DNA of 64,000 nt from Vicinamibacteria bacterium. GTDB lineage: Bacteria > Acidobacteriota > Vicinamibacteria > Marinacidobacterales > Marinacidobacteraceae. The position numbers and the translations under genes are program-made. The DNA lies in NCBI GenBank assembly GCA_964291235.2, contig OZ219816.1:352001-416000 (forward strand), in the 5' to 3' direction. Position 1 is the first letter of the stretch, and each line of letters starts with the position of its first letter. Shown one piece after another: positions 49,511 through 57,942 of this stretch. The notes under the pieces are model-generated. The model was not told where the DNA came from, did not search any database, and saw only the letters and a list, made by a program, of their open reading frames with translations.

Positions 49511-49595
49511 GATCCGAACGCTCGACTCTATCAGGACGGATTGCGGCAAGTCGCAACGCGCCGCCACCGGCGCTTTCTATAGAGTCGGCGCCGGA

Positions 49596-50495
49596 ATGAC
49601 GGGTGCGTGGGCCAACGTGGACGGCCGGATCGGACCCGCGCACGAGGCGCGGGTGAGTCCGGTGGACGCGGGGTTTCTCTACGGAGAGGCCGTGTACGAG
49701 AACCTCCGGACGTACGGACACGTCCCTTTCCTGTTCGCGCACCACCTGAAGCGCCTCCGCGGCTCGGCGAGGTTCCTGCGGATTCCGGTCGCCGTCTCCG
49801 ACGAGGAAATCACCGCCCGTCTCCAGGCCACCCAGAAAGCCACCGGTATCGAGGGCGAACACTCGCTGCGGGTGATCCTGACCGCCGGACCCCAGGAAGG
49901 TGAACCTTCGCTCATCATCCTGGTGCGGCCGCTGCCGCCCCTTCCGGTGGATCCGGAACGCGAGGGAGTCGGGGTCCTGCTTTCGGAGTGGGTTCGCGCC
50001 CCCGCCGGAGGGCTCCCGGCCGACGTAAAGACCACCAACCTGCTGGGGGCGCGCATGGCGGTCCGCGAAGCGCAGGCGGCGGGGGCTCACGAGGCGGTGA
50101 TCCGGGGAAGCGGAGGCGAGCTGACCGAGGGAGCGACGTCGAACCTCTTCCTGGTGGAGGACGGCGTCGTCCGCACCGCTCCGCTCGCGGACGGACTGCT
50201 CCCCGGGATCACCCGGGGACTCGTGCTCGAAGTCCTCGAGGAACTGGGAATCCCCTGCGAGGAGGCGCGGCTGGCGCCGGGCCGTCTCGTCAGCGCCGAC
50301 GAGGCCTTCCTGACCAGTTCCTCCCGGGAGGTCCTGCCGGTGACCTGGACGGTCCTGCCCGGAGGGCCGCGGAGGCCGGTCGCGAACGGAGCGCCGGGTC
50401 CGGTGACCCTGCGCGCGCTGGCTGGCTATCGCCGGGCGGTGACGCGGCTACTGGACGAAACGCCTTCCGGCAAGGCGTCCGGAGGTCCTCCCTGA
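49596..50495 (+). CDS. Class IV aminotransferase (IlvE/PabC/Dat-like)
   Basis: DAGFLYGEAVYE, HLKRL, KTTN, EGATSNLF, LLPGITR, DEAFLTSS. Confidence 0.92.
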   Translation: MTGAWANVDGRIGPAHEARVSPVDAGFLYGEAVYENLRTYGHVPFLFAHHLKRLRGSARFLRIPVAVSDEEITARLQATQKATGIEGEHSLRVILTAGPQEGEPSLIILVRPLPPLPVDPEREGVGVLLSEWVRAPAGGLPADVKTTNLLGARMAVREAQAAGAHEAVIRGSGGELTEGATSNLFLVEDGVVRTAPLADGLLPGITRGLVLEVLEELGIPCEEARLAPGRLVSADEAFLTSSSREVLPVTWTVLPGGPRRPVANGAPGPVTLRALAGYRRAVTRLLDETPSGKASGGPP

Positions 50496-52489
50496 CCGAC
50501 CTGGGACTCCTGGGCGACCTGGCCCTGCTGGTGGGCCTCGCGATCCCCATCGTGGCGCTGGCCCACCGGGTCAACGCGCCACCGCTCCTGGGATTCGTCC
50601 TGGCCGGCGTGCTCGTCGGGCCTGCCGGTCTGGGGTGGATCGCCGTTCCGGAGAACATCGAGACGCTGACGGAACTCGGCGTCGCCCTGCTGCTGTTCGC
50701 GGTCGGGCTCGAGTTGTCGCTCTCCCAGGTGAAGGACTGGGCCCGCCTGGTATTCGTGGGCGGCGGGGTGCAGGTCGGCGGCACGATCGCCGTCGTCGCC
50801 GGGGCCGCCCTGGCGTTCGGGGTTCCCGCGCCCTACGCGCTGTTCTACGGCGCGCTGGGAGCGATGTCTTCCACCGCGATCGTCACCAAGACGATCGGCG
50901 ATCGGGAGGAGCTGGAGACTCCTCACGGACGGGCCTCGATCAGTCTGTTGATCTTCCAGGACCTGTCGGTACTGCCGCTCGTGCTGCTTTTGCCACTGGT
51001 GGCAGGCTTCGAGGGCGAAGCCGCCGCGGCCGCGCTGGTGGCGCTGGTCCGCGGTCTGGTGATCGTCGCGGTCCTGATCTTCGCCGGCCGTCTCCTCGCA
51101 CCCTGGGTGCTCGATCGGATCGTGCTCCTCAAGGATCGGGAACTGTTCACCCTGTGCGTCGGGTTCTTCGGCCTGGGCGCGGCCCTCGTCACCCACGCCG
51201 CGGGCTTCTCCCTGGCGATCGGGGCGTTCCTCGCGGGCCTCATCCTGTCGGAGTCCGAGTACGGGGTGCAGGCCCTGTCCGACGTGCTGCCGTTCCGCGC
51301 CCTCTTCGGCGGTGTCTTCTTCACCTCGATCGGAATGCTGCTGGATCCCTCCGTCCTGTTCGCCAACCCGCTGCTCGTGATCGGGGTGGGCGCCCTCGCC
51401 CTGATGGTCAAGGCCGCGCTGGCGGCCGCCGGGGTGCTGGCGGCGGGCGGGCGCCTCTCCACGGCGCTCGCGACCGGCGTCGGCCTCGGCCACGTCGGCG
51501 AGTTCGCGTTCCTGCTCGCGGCGGTCGGCGTGCCGCTCGGCCTCTTCCGGGGCGCCGACTACCAGTTGTTCCTGAGCACGGCGGTGCTCACGATGATCGC
51601 CGCCCCGATCCTGATCAGCGCCGGCCCCTCGATCGTCGAGTGGGTGGACCGGCGCCGGCCCGAACATGAGCACCCGGACAGCGAGGCGATCGACCTGGCG
51701 GCGGACCACACGATCGTCGTCGGCTACGGGCTCGCCGGCCGCTACCTGGCGCGCGTGCTGCAGGCGGCGGGGCTCCACTGCATCGTCGTCGATCAGAACC
51801 CGGAACTCGTTCGACGGGCGCGCGCCGACGGCATTCCGGCCCTCTTCGGGGACGGCACCCGCGAGGCGATGCTCGAGCACGTTCGCCTGCGCCAGGCGCG
51901 CACGATCTTCTTCACCATCAACGCACCCGCCGACGAGCGCCGCGGGGTGGCGGTGGCGCGCGAGATGGACCCCGCGATCCGCATCGTGGTCCGCACCCGC
52001 TACGTGCGGGCGATCGACGACCTGCTGGCGCTCGGCGCCACCGACGTCGTCGTCGAGGAGTTCGAGGCATCGCTGGAACTGTTCGCCAAGGCGCTGGAAA
52101 GCTACGAGATCCCGATCAATCGCATCTGGCGGGAACTCGAGTCGGTGCGGGCCGAGCACTACGGAGTGTTTCGCGGCCGGCCGCATTCCGATCTGCGGCT
52201 CGACGCGCTCAAGCACCTCGGCATCCACGACGCCCTGGAACTCGTGGAGGTCGAGGCGGCCGCCGCCGCGATCGGCGAAACCGCTTCGACGCTCGACCTC
52301 CGGCAGCGCACCGGATCCATTCAGGTCGCCGTGGTACGGGACGGCCGGCCCATCTACGAACGCCACGCCGAAACCTGCTATCGGGCCGGCGACACCGTGG
52401 TGCTGATCGGGGACCGGACGAGCCTGGACGCCGCGCTCGGGCTCTTTCGCTCCCCGGCTGCCGGCGATCCGGAGTCACTCATTTCGTGA
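50492..52489 (+). CDS. CPA2 cation:proton antiporter with TrkA-N and TrkA-C domains (Kef-like)
   Basis: ELGVALLLFAVGLE, SSTAIV, LIFQD, GAFLAG, GEFAF, IVVGYG, FGDGT. Probable CTG start overlapping the previous TGA. Confidence 0.9.
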   Translation: MTDLGLLGDLALLVGLAIPIVALAHRVNAPPLLGFVLAGVLVGPAGLGWIAVPENIETLTELGVALLLFAVGLELSLSQVKDWARLVFVGGGVQVGGTIAVVAGAALAFGVPAPYALFYGALGAMSSTAIVTKTIGDREELETPHGRASISLLIFQDLSVLPLVLLLPLVAGFEGEAAAAALVALVRGLVIVAVLIFAGRLLAPWVLDRIVLLKDRELFTLCVGFFGLGAALVTHAAGFSLAIGAFLAGLILSESEYGVQALSDVLPFRALFGGVFFTSIGMLLDPSVLFANPLLVIGVGALALMVKAALAAAGVLAAGGRLSTALATGVGLGHVGEFAFLLAAVGVPLGLFRGADYQLFLSTAVLTMIAAPILISAGPSIVEWVDRRRPEHEHPDSEAIDLAADHTIVVGYGLAGRYLARVLQAAGLHCIVVDQNPELVRRARADGIPALFGDGTREAMLEHVRLRQARTIFFTINAPADERRGVAVAREMDPAIRIVVRTRYVRAIDDLLALGATDVVVEEFEASLELFAKALESYEIPINRIWRELESVRAEHYGVFRGRPHSDLRLDALKHLGIHDALELVEVEAAAAAIGETASTLDLRQRTGSIQVAVVRDGRPIYERHAETCYRAGDTVVLIGDRTSLDAALGLFRSPAAGDPESLIS

Positions 52490-52530
52490 GGCAAAGCGGG
52501 TCCGGGGCGGTGGTACATTCGGCGGTGGAC

Positions 52531-54816
52531 ATGTTCGCGGCCCTGCCCCGCGGAAGGGCCGCAGCCCGCATCCTGCTGCCAGGAATCGCCGCGGCCCTTT
52601 TGCCGTTTCTGAGCCTCCGGCCGGCCTTTTCCCAGGAGTCCGTGGACTTCGAGACCGCGCGTTTCGACCGCCGTCTGCAGGCGGTCCGGGCCACCCAGCC
52701 GATCCGGATCGACGGCGTCCTCGACGAGGCGGAGTGGGAAGGCGCGCCCCTGGCGAACGGGTTCACCCAGGGAAACCCGTACGAAGGCATGCCGGCGACC
52801 TTCGAGACCGACGTGCGGGTGCTCTACGACGACGAGTTCCTCTATGTCGGCGCCGTCGCCCACGACGACCCGGAGGGGTTGATCGTGAACGACCTCTCGC
52901 GTGATTTCTCGACCCGGGCCGGCGACATCTTCGGAGTCACGGTGGACACTTTCCACGACCGGCGCAACGGCTACATGTTCGAGACGAACCCGGCAGGCGC
53001 CAAGTTCGACGGACAGGTCTTCAACGAAGGGCGGGAATTCAACCGCGACTGGGACGGGGTCTGGTACGTCGAGACCCTGCGTACCGAGGGCGGCTGGCAG
53101 GTGGAGATGGCCATCCCCTTCAAGACCCTGCGGTTCCGCGAGAGCCCCGAACAAACCTGGGGGATCAACTTCCTGCGTCGGGTGCGCCGGCTGAACGAGG
53201 ACTCCTTCTGGGCGCCGATTCCCCGGTTCTTCAACTTCGCGCGCATTTCCTACTCGGGGACCATCGAGGGACTCACCGGGTTGCGAGCGGGGGGCCGGTT
53301 CAAGGTGACGCCCTACGTGGGGGCGGAGACGAGTCAGGGCGCCGCGGAGGCCGACGCGGGAACCATGAACTCCGCGGATCTGGGGGTGGACGCGAAGGTG
53401 CTGGTCGGCACCGGGATGAACCTCGACCTCACCGTGAACACCGACTTCTCCCAGGTCGAGGCCGACATCCAGCAAGTGAACCTCACCCAGTACAGCCTCT
53501 TCTTCCCCGAAAAGCGCGACTTCTTCATCGAGAACTCCGGCATTTTTCGCTTCGGCGTCCCGAACGATTCCAGGATCATGCAGTTCCGGGCCGATTTCGG
53601 CCAGGCGTTCAACCCCTCGGTGCTGCGCGCCAGCCAGAGCCGGGGAGACGATCTCTACCTGTTCTTCAGCCGGCGGATCGGCCTTTCCGGCACCGGGACC
53701 CCGATCCCGGTGCTGGGCGGCGGCAGGCTCACCGGAAGGGCCGGCGCCTACGAGCTCGGGGTCATGAGCATTCAGACCGGCGAACACGACGACGCGGTCG
53801 GAGCGGAGAACTTCTCGGCGGTCCGGGTGCGCCGGAATATCGGCGGCAACTCGGACGTGGGCGCCATCTTCCTGAACCGGGAAACGGGGTCCGGCAGCGA
53901 CCACTACAACCGCTCGATGGGCCTCGACGCCAACTGGCGGGTCTCGCCCGAGATCGAGGTCAACTCCTACTGGGCGCGGACCGCCACTCCGGACCGCACC
54001 GGCGACGACCAGGCCGCCCGCGTCGCGGCGAACTACGACGGCCGGTTGTGGCAACTGCGGGGCGCCTGGTCCAGGCTCGGAGACGACTTCAACCCGGAAA
54101 TGGGGTTTGCCCCCCGGATCGGGGTCCGCCGCCTGCTCGGCTACGTCGGCTACCACTACCGGCCGGACTGGTGGAGCGACTTCCTGCGAGAGTTCAACCC
54201 CCACTTCGAGTTCAACGACTACGTGAACTCCGACGGCGAGTTGGTGAGCCGGTACGTCAACTACCACTTCGGGTTCCGGCACCAGACCGGCGCGTTCCTG
54301 GAGTTCGGCTACAACGACAGCATCGAGCAGACCTTCACCCCGTTCAGCCTGCACCCGACCACCATCGTCCACCCGGGCGAGCACCAGTATGACGAGTTGT
54401 TCGTCATGTTCTTCTCGGACCCGAGCCGGCCGGTTTCGCTGAACGCCCGCTACGACTGGGGGGGCTTCTATTCCGGGGACCGGAAGGCGCTGAACGTGAG
54501 CACGGTGGTCCGCGTCGGCGGAAAGCTGACCGCCTACCTGGGCTGGAGCCGGAACGACATCGCCCTCCCGGAGGGCGCTTTCGTCGCCGACCTGATGACC
54601 GCGCGGGTGACCTACACGTTCACGACGAGCATGTTCCTGAACGCGCTTATCCAGTACAACAGCGTGAGCGAAGACTGGAGTTCGAACATCCGCTTCAACC
54701 TGATCCACCGTCCCCTTTCCGACTTCTTCATCGTGCTGAACGACCGGCGTGACCCGATGGGCAACCGCCTCGACCGCGCGCTGATCGCCAAATACACGAT
54801 CCTGATGGACTTCTAG
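52531..54816 (+). CDS. DUF5916 / CBM9-like outer-membrane-associated protein
   Basis: IDGVLDEAEW, EMAIPFKTLRF, LTVNTDFSQVEAD, FFPEKRDFF, FFSRRIG; C-terminal Phe. Confidence 0.85.
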   Translation: MFAALPRGRAAARILLPGIAAALLPFLSLRPAFSQESVDFETARFDRRLQAVRATQPIRIDGVLDEAEWEGAPLANGFTQGNPYEGMPATFETDVRVLYDDEFLYVGAVAHDDPEGLIVNDLSRDFSTRAGDIFGVTVDTFHDRRNGYMFETNPAGAKFDGQVFNEGREFNRDWDGVWYVETLRTEGGWQVEMAIPFKTLRFRESPEQTWGINFLRRVRRLNEDSFWAPIPRFFNFARISYSGTIEGLTGLRAGGRFKVTPYVGAETSQGAAEADAGTMNSADLGVDAKVLVGTGMNLDLTVNTDFSQVEADIQQVNLTQYSLFFPEKRDFFIENSGIFRFGVPNDSRIMQFRADFGQAFNPSVLRASQSRGDDLYLFFSRRIGLSGTGTPIPVLGGGRLTGRAGAYELGVMSIQTGEHDDAVGAENFSAVRVRRNIGGNSDVGAIFLNRETGSGSDHYNRSMGLDANWRVSPEIEVNSYWARTATPDRTGDDQAARVAANYDGRLWQLRGAWSRLGDDFNPEMGFAPRIGVRRLLGYVGYHYRPDWWSDFLREFNPHFEFNDYVNSDGELVSRYVNYHFGFRHQTGAFLEFGYNDSIEQTFTPFSLHPTTIVHPGEHQYDELFVMFFSDPSRPVSLNARYDWGGFYSGDRKALNVSTVVRVGGKLTAYLGWSRNDIALPEGAFVADLMTARVTYTFTTSMFLNALIQYNSVSEDWSSNIRFNLIHRPLSDFFIVLNDRRDPMGNRLDRALIAKYTILMDF

Positions 54817-54995
54817 CAGCCTATGGCAAAACCCCCGAGGCGTTCGAGCGGCGATGCATCCCGCCTGAACCACGCCGCTTTGCGGCGCTCTGCGTTGCGT
54901 TTCGATCGAAATACACTCGGTATTCCTCACTCACGCGCCTTGTCAGCCGGGCGCCTCGCCACTCTCGGCGCTCACGGGGGTTTCACCACAGGCTG
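54817..54995 (+). mobile_element. 179-bp MITE, copy 1
   Basis: Imperfect TIRs CAGCCTATGG..CCACAGGCTG flanked by CTAG and CTAA; homologous to 61898..62076. Confidence 0.8.
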
Positions 54996-55030
54996 CTAAC
55001 ACCCCGCCCGAGCGGGGAAGGAGAACAACC

Positions 55031-55429
55031 ATGAAGACCATGCTTGCCCAACACAAGGACACCGCCTATGCGCTCCTGCGCATCGTTTCCGGCTTCCTGT
55101 TCTTCTGCCACGGCGCCCAGAAGATCTTCGGGCTGATGGGCGGGAATCCGGCCGAACTGATGTCCCTGCGAGGGCTCGCGGGACTGATTGAAGTCGGCGG
55201 CGGTCTCGCACTCATGCTGGGCCTCATGACCGGAATCGTCGCCTTCATCTGCAGCGGCCAAATGGCGGTCGCCTACTTCATCGCGCACCAGTTCCGGACC
55301 GACGAGGCGGGCATGATGCTCGGCTGGTTCCCCATCGAGAACCGGGGCGAACTCGCGGTTCTCTACTGCTTCCTCTTCTTGTTCATCGCGATGACCGGCG
55401 CGGGGAAGTGGAGCCTGGACAACCGCTGA
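55031..55429 (+). CDS. DoxX family membrane protein
   Basis: LLRIVSGFLFFCHGAQKIFG, GQMAVAYF, NRGELAVLYC, GAGKWSLD; AAGGAG RBS. Confidence 0.92.
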   Translation: MKTMLAQHKDTAYALLRIVSGFLFFCHGAQKIFGLMGGNPAELMSLRGLAGLIEVGGGLALMLGLMTGIVAFICSGQMAVAYFIAHQFRTDEAGMMLGWFPIENRGELAVLYCFLFLFIAMTGAGKWSLDNR

Positions 55430-55447
55430 ACGGGCCGACTTCGACTC

Positions 55448-55479
55448 GCTTCCCGGCCTGATCCCAGGGGCCGGGAAGC
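55448..55479. terminator. GC hairpin between convergent genes
   Basis: GCTTCCCGGCC..GGCCGGGAAGC 11-bp stem; no U tract. Confidence 0.3.
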
Positions 55480-55544
55480 CCGGACGGAGCGGAATCGACC
55501 CCTTCCCGGCGGGACCGCCCTGCCGGCGGTTTCGGGGGGTTTCG

Positions 55545-55763
55545 TCAGCCGGAGGTGCGACGTTCGCGCTCGTCTCCGGCGGCGACGTGTGGCTTGCGGC
55601 AGGCCCTCCGCCAGGCCGTGCCACGGAGGCCTTGGAACTGCTCCAGAGACAGGATTACGCCGACCTCTCTGCCACCCCGGACCAGGAAAACCGGGGCGCG
55701 CCGAATGGCGCCAGCCAACTGCCCAAACCTTCTATTCAAGTGTTTTGCCCGTATTTCTTTCAT
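55545..55763 (-). pseudogene. Orphan, probably degenerate Phd/YefM antitoxin
   Basis: MKEIRAKHLNRRFGQL..RAPVFLVRGGREVGVILSLEQF; no toxin gene follows. Confidence 0.55.
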
Positions 55764-55878
55764 CACCCACATCGTAGCCGCGGCGGGCGATTCACGCACG
55801 GAATTCCGCCCAGGAACACGGGCGATTCGCAGATTCGGGGAGGTCTCTGGACGGTGCCCCGAAGTCGGGGCCGGGGGA

Positions 55879-56283
55879 TCAGCGCCGGCGGCGGCGGCGA
55901 CGCTGGACGACCTCCATCTGCTCCGGGTCGGTGACTCCGATGAACAACTGGTCGTTCTCCTCCATGACCTCGCCGGTGATCTGCAGATTCCGGCCCCTGT
56001 AGCGCTTGACGGGATCCACTCCCGTCCACAGATGCATGTGCGTCTCGGGGATGAGGACCAGGAAACTCGTCATGAAGGAGATGTGCAGGCCGGACCCCTG
56101 AATCCGCTTGACGTCCATGACCCGACCACCAACCGTGATTTCCTCGCCGAGGTGATCGGCGTTCACATCGCGGACCCCCACGACTTCCACCGCTTCCTCC
56201 GCCGGGGGCGCCTGCGCGAACACCGGGGGAGCGATCAGGAAAGCGAACGCGGCCGCAGTCGCGAGCGGGTTGCGGAATCTCAT
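55879..56283 (-). CDS. Secreted OB-fold protein with a C-terminal R7 tail (paralog A)
   Basis: Signal peptide ending VFA-Q; HLGEEITVGGRV..YRGRNLQITGEV..IGVTDPEQ; GAGGAG RBS. Confidence 0.8.
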   Translation of the reverse strand: MRFRNPLATAAAFAFLIAPPVFAQAPPAEEAVEVVGVRDVNADHLGEEITVGGRVMDVKRIQGSGLHISFMTSFLVLIPETHMHLWTGVDPVKRYRGRNLQITGEVMEENDQLFIGVTDPEQMEVVQRRRRRRR

Positions 56284-56505
56284 GGCAGTCTCCTCGGCCG
56301 ACCCCCTGGTTCGCGACCGGCGGGAGAACCGCAGGCACGGGCCGGGGCCAGCACTGCACTTTTTAGCGAGAGGCGGCCCCCCGAGTCAAGCGGCCGCGGC
56401 CCGCGGAACCGGCGCAGGGGCCCGGGCAGTCGGGCAGGCGTTCCCGGCCAGGCGTGCTAACCGGAACCCGGTCGCGTCAGCCGGCGCGACCGGGTGGGAG
56501 CGGGG

Positions 56506-56925
56506 TCAGCGCCTCCGGCGGCGTCGCCTCGGAATGATCTCGATCTGACTGCGTTCCGTGACCTTGATGAACGGCAGTTCGCCCTGTTCCTCTACCTCCC
56601 CGGTGACCTTGATGATGCGCCCCCGCGCGTACACCTTTACGGGGTCGGTCCCTTCCCAGTCGCCGAGGTCCTGCCGGGGGATGAACACCCGGAAGGGGTA
56701 GTCGATGTGGGCCCTGTCGAAGTGGATCGTGATTCCCTGAACCGGATTGCTCTCGGTTCTCGCGATCCGTCCCCGGACAACCAGGGACTCGCCCACATTG
56801 TCGAGCGTGATCTCGTGCGTCTCGACCATCGCCTCGTCTTCGGCAGGCTCATCCTGCGCGAAGGCCGGCGGAGCGATCAGAAGCCCGAACGCGGCCGCAG
56901 CCGCGAGTTTGTTGCGGAATCTCAT
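56506..56925 (-). CDS. Secreted OB-fold protein with a C-terminal R7 tail (paralog B)
   Basis: Signal peptide ending AFA-Q; NVGESLVVRGRI..GRIIKVTGEV..IKVTERSQ; GAGGAG RBS. Confidence 0.8.
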   Translation of the reverse strand: MRFRNKLAAAAAFGLLIAPPAFAQDEPAEDEAMVETHEITLDNVGESLVVRGRIARTESNPVQGITIHFDRAHIDYPFRVFIPRQDLGDWEGTDPVKVYARGRIIKVTGEVEEQGELPFIKVTERSQIEIIPRRRRRRR

Positions 56926-57065
56926 AGCAGCCTCCTCGTCCGGCCCCTCATGGCGACGGACGGGAGAAAAACCGCAGAGGCCAGCCGGGGCCAGCACCCG
57001 GACATTTGTAACAAGCCCCTCGCCCGGAGTCAAAGGGCGATCCTTGCGGCGCCGGCTGCGGGCCG

Positions 57066-57788
57066 TCAGTGGAGGGTCTCGGACCGGCGGCGCCGGGTGT
57101 GTTCGTCGTAATAGCGATCGAACCGGGCTCGCTGCCGCCGGCGCCGGAGGTCGCGCCAGAGGACGCCGAGCCGACTGGGCCGCCTCGGAAGCAGGCCATC
57201 GCGCTTCAGCAGCACGTATCCCACCACCAGCCCTCCCAGGTGAGCGATGTGGGAGACCCCGTCGGAGGCCGCCGAAAGGGACCCCGCCAGCGAAATGAAC
57301 CCGAAGAGGATCACCATGTGGCGCGCGCTCATGGGCAGGATTCCGAGCAGGTACACCTGGGCGGACGGGAACAGGAGCCCGAAAGCCAGCAGCAGTCCGT
57401 ACACCGCCCCGGAAGCGCCGATGTGCAGCGCATCGAAAAACGCCGGTAGCGGCAGCAGCGCGAAGAGTCCGGCGCCGACGCCGCAGAGCAGGTAGTAGCG
57501 CACGAAGCGGCGCCGCCCCCAGACCTGCTCGAGCTGCGACCCGAACATGTAGAGCACGAACATGTTCATCAACAGGTGGAACAGGCCGCCATGCAGGAAC
57601 ATGTAGGTGAACAGGCGCCAGATCTGGAGCGAGAGGACCGCCGGCGGGTAGAGCCCGAAGAGCACCGTGACCGCCGGAATCAGGAGCTGGACCAGGTACA
57701 CCCCGCCGGTGATCAGGATGAGCTGTTTGACGCCGGACGGCATCACGCCGCTCCCGAAGCCGATGCCGGTTCGCTGGGCGCGATACAT
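57066..57788 (-). CDS. Rhomboid family intramembrane serine protease
   Basis: WRLFTYMFLHGG..HLLMNM, GASGAVYG, SHIAHLGG. Confidence 0.93.
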   Translation of the reverse strand: MYRAQRTGIGFGSGVMPSGVKQLILITGGVYLVQLLIPAVTVLFGLYPPAVLSLQIWRLFTYMFLHGGLFHLLMNMFVLYMFGSQLEQVWGRRRFVRYYLLCGVGAGLFALLPLPAFFDALHIGASGAVYGLLLAFGLLFPSAQVYLLGILPMSARHMVILFGFISLAGSLSAASDGVSHIAHLGGLVVGYVLLKRDGLLPRRPSRLGVLWRDLRRRRQRARFDRYYDEHTRRRRSETLH

Positions 57789-57798
57789 GCCGTCAGGA

Positions 57799-57942
57799 GG
57801 CGAGGCGCCCGGCTGACAAGGCGCGTGAGGGAGGAATACCGAGTGTATTTCGACCGAAACGCAACGCAGAACGGAGCGCAGCGGAGTGGTTCAGGCGGGA
57901 TGGATCGCCGGGCGAACGCCGCTTGGGTTTCACTACGGGCTG
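57799..57942 (-). mobile_element. Truncated MITE, copy 3 (right TIR missing)
   Basis: Reverse strand reads CTAA-CAGCCCGTAGTGAAACC..GAAATACACTCGGTATTCC..CGCGCCTTGTCAGCCGGGCGCCTCGCC, as in copy 1. Confidence 0.75.
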
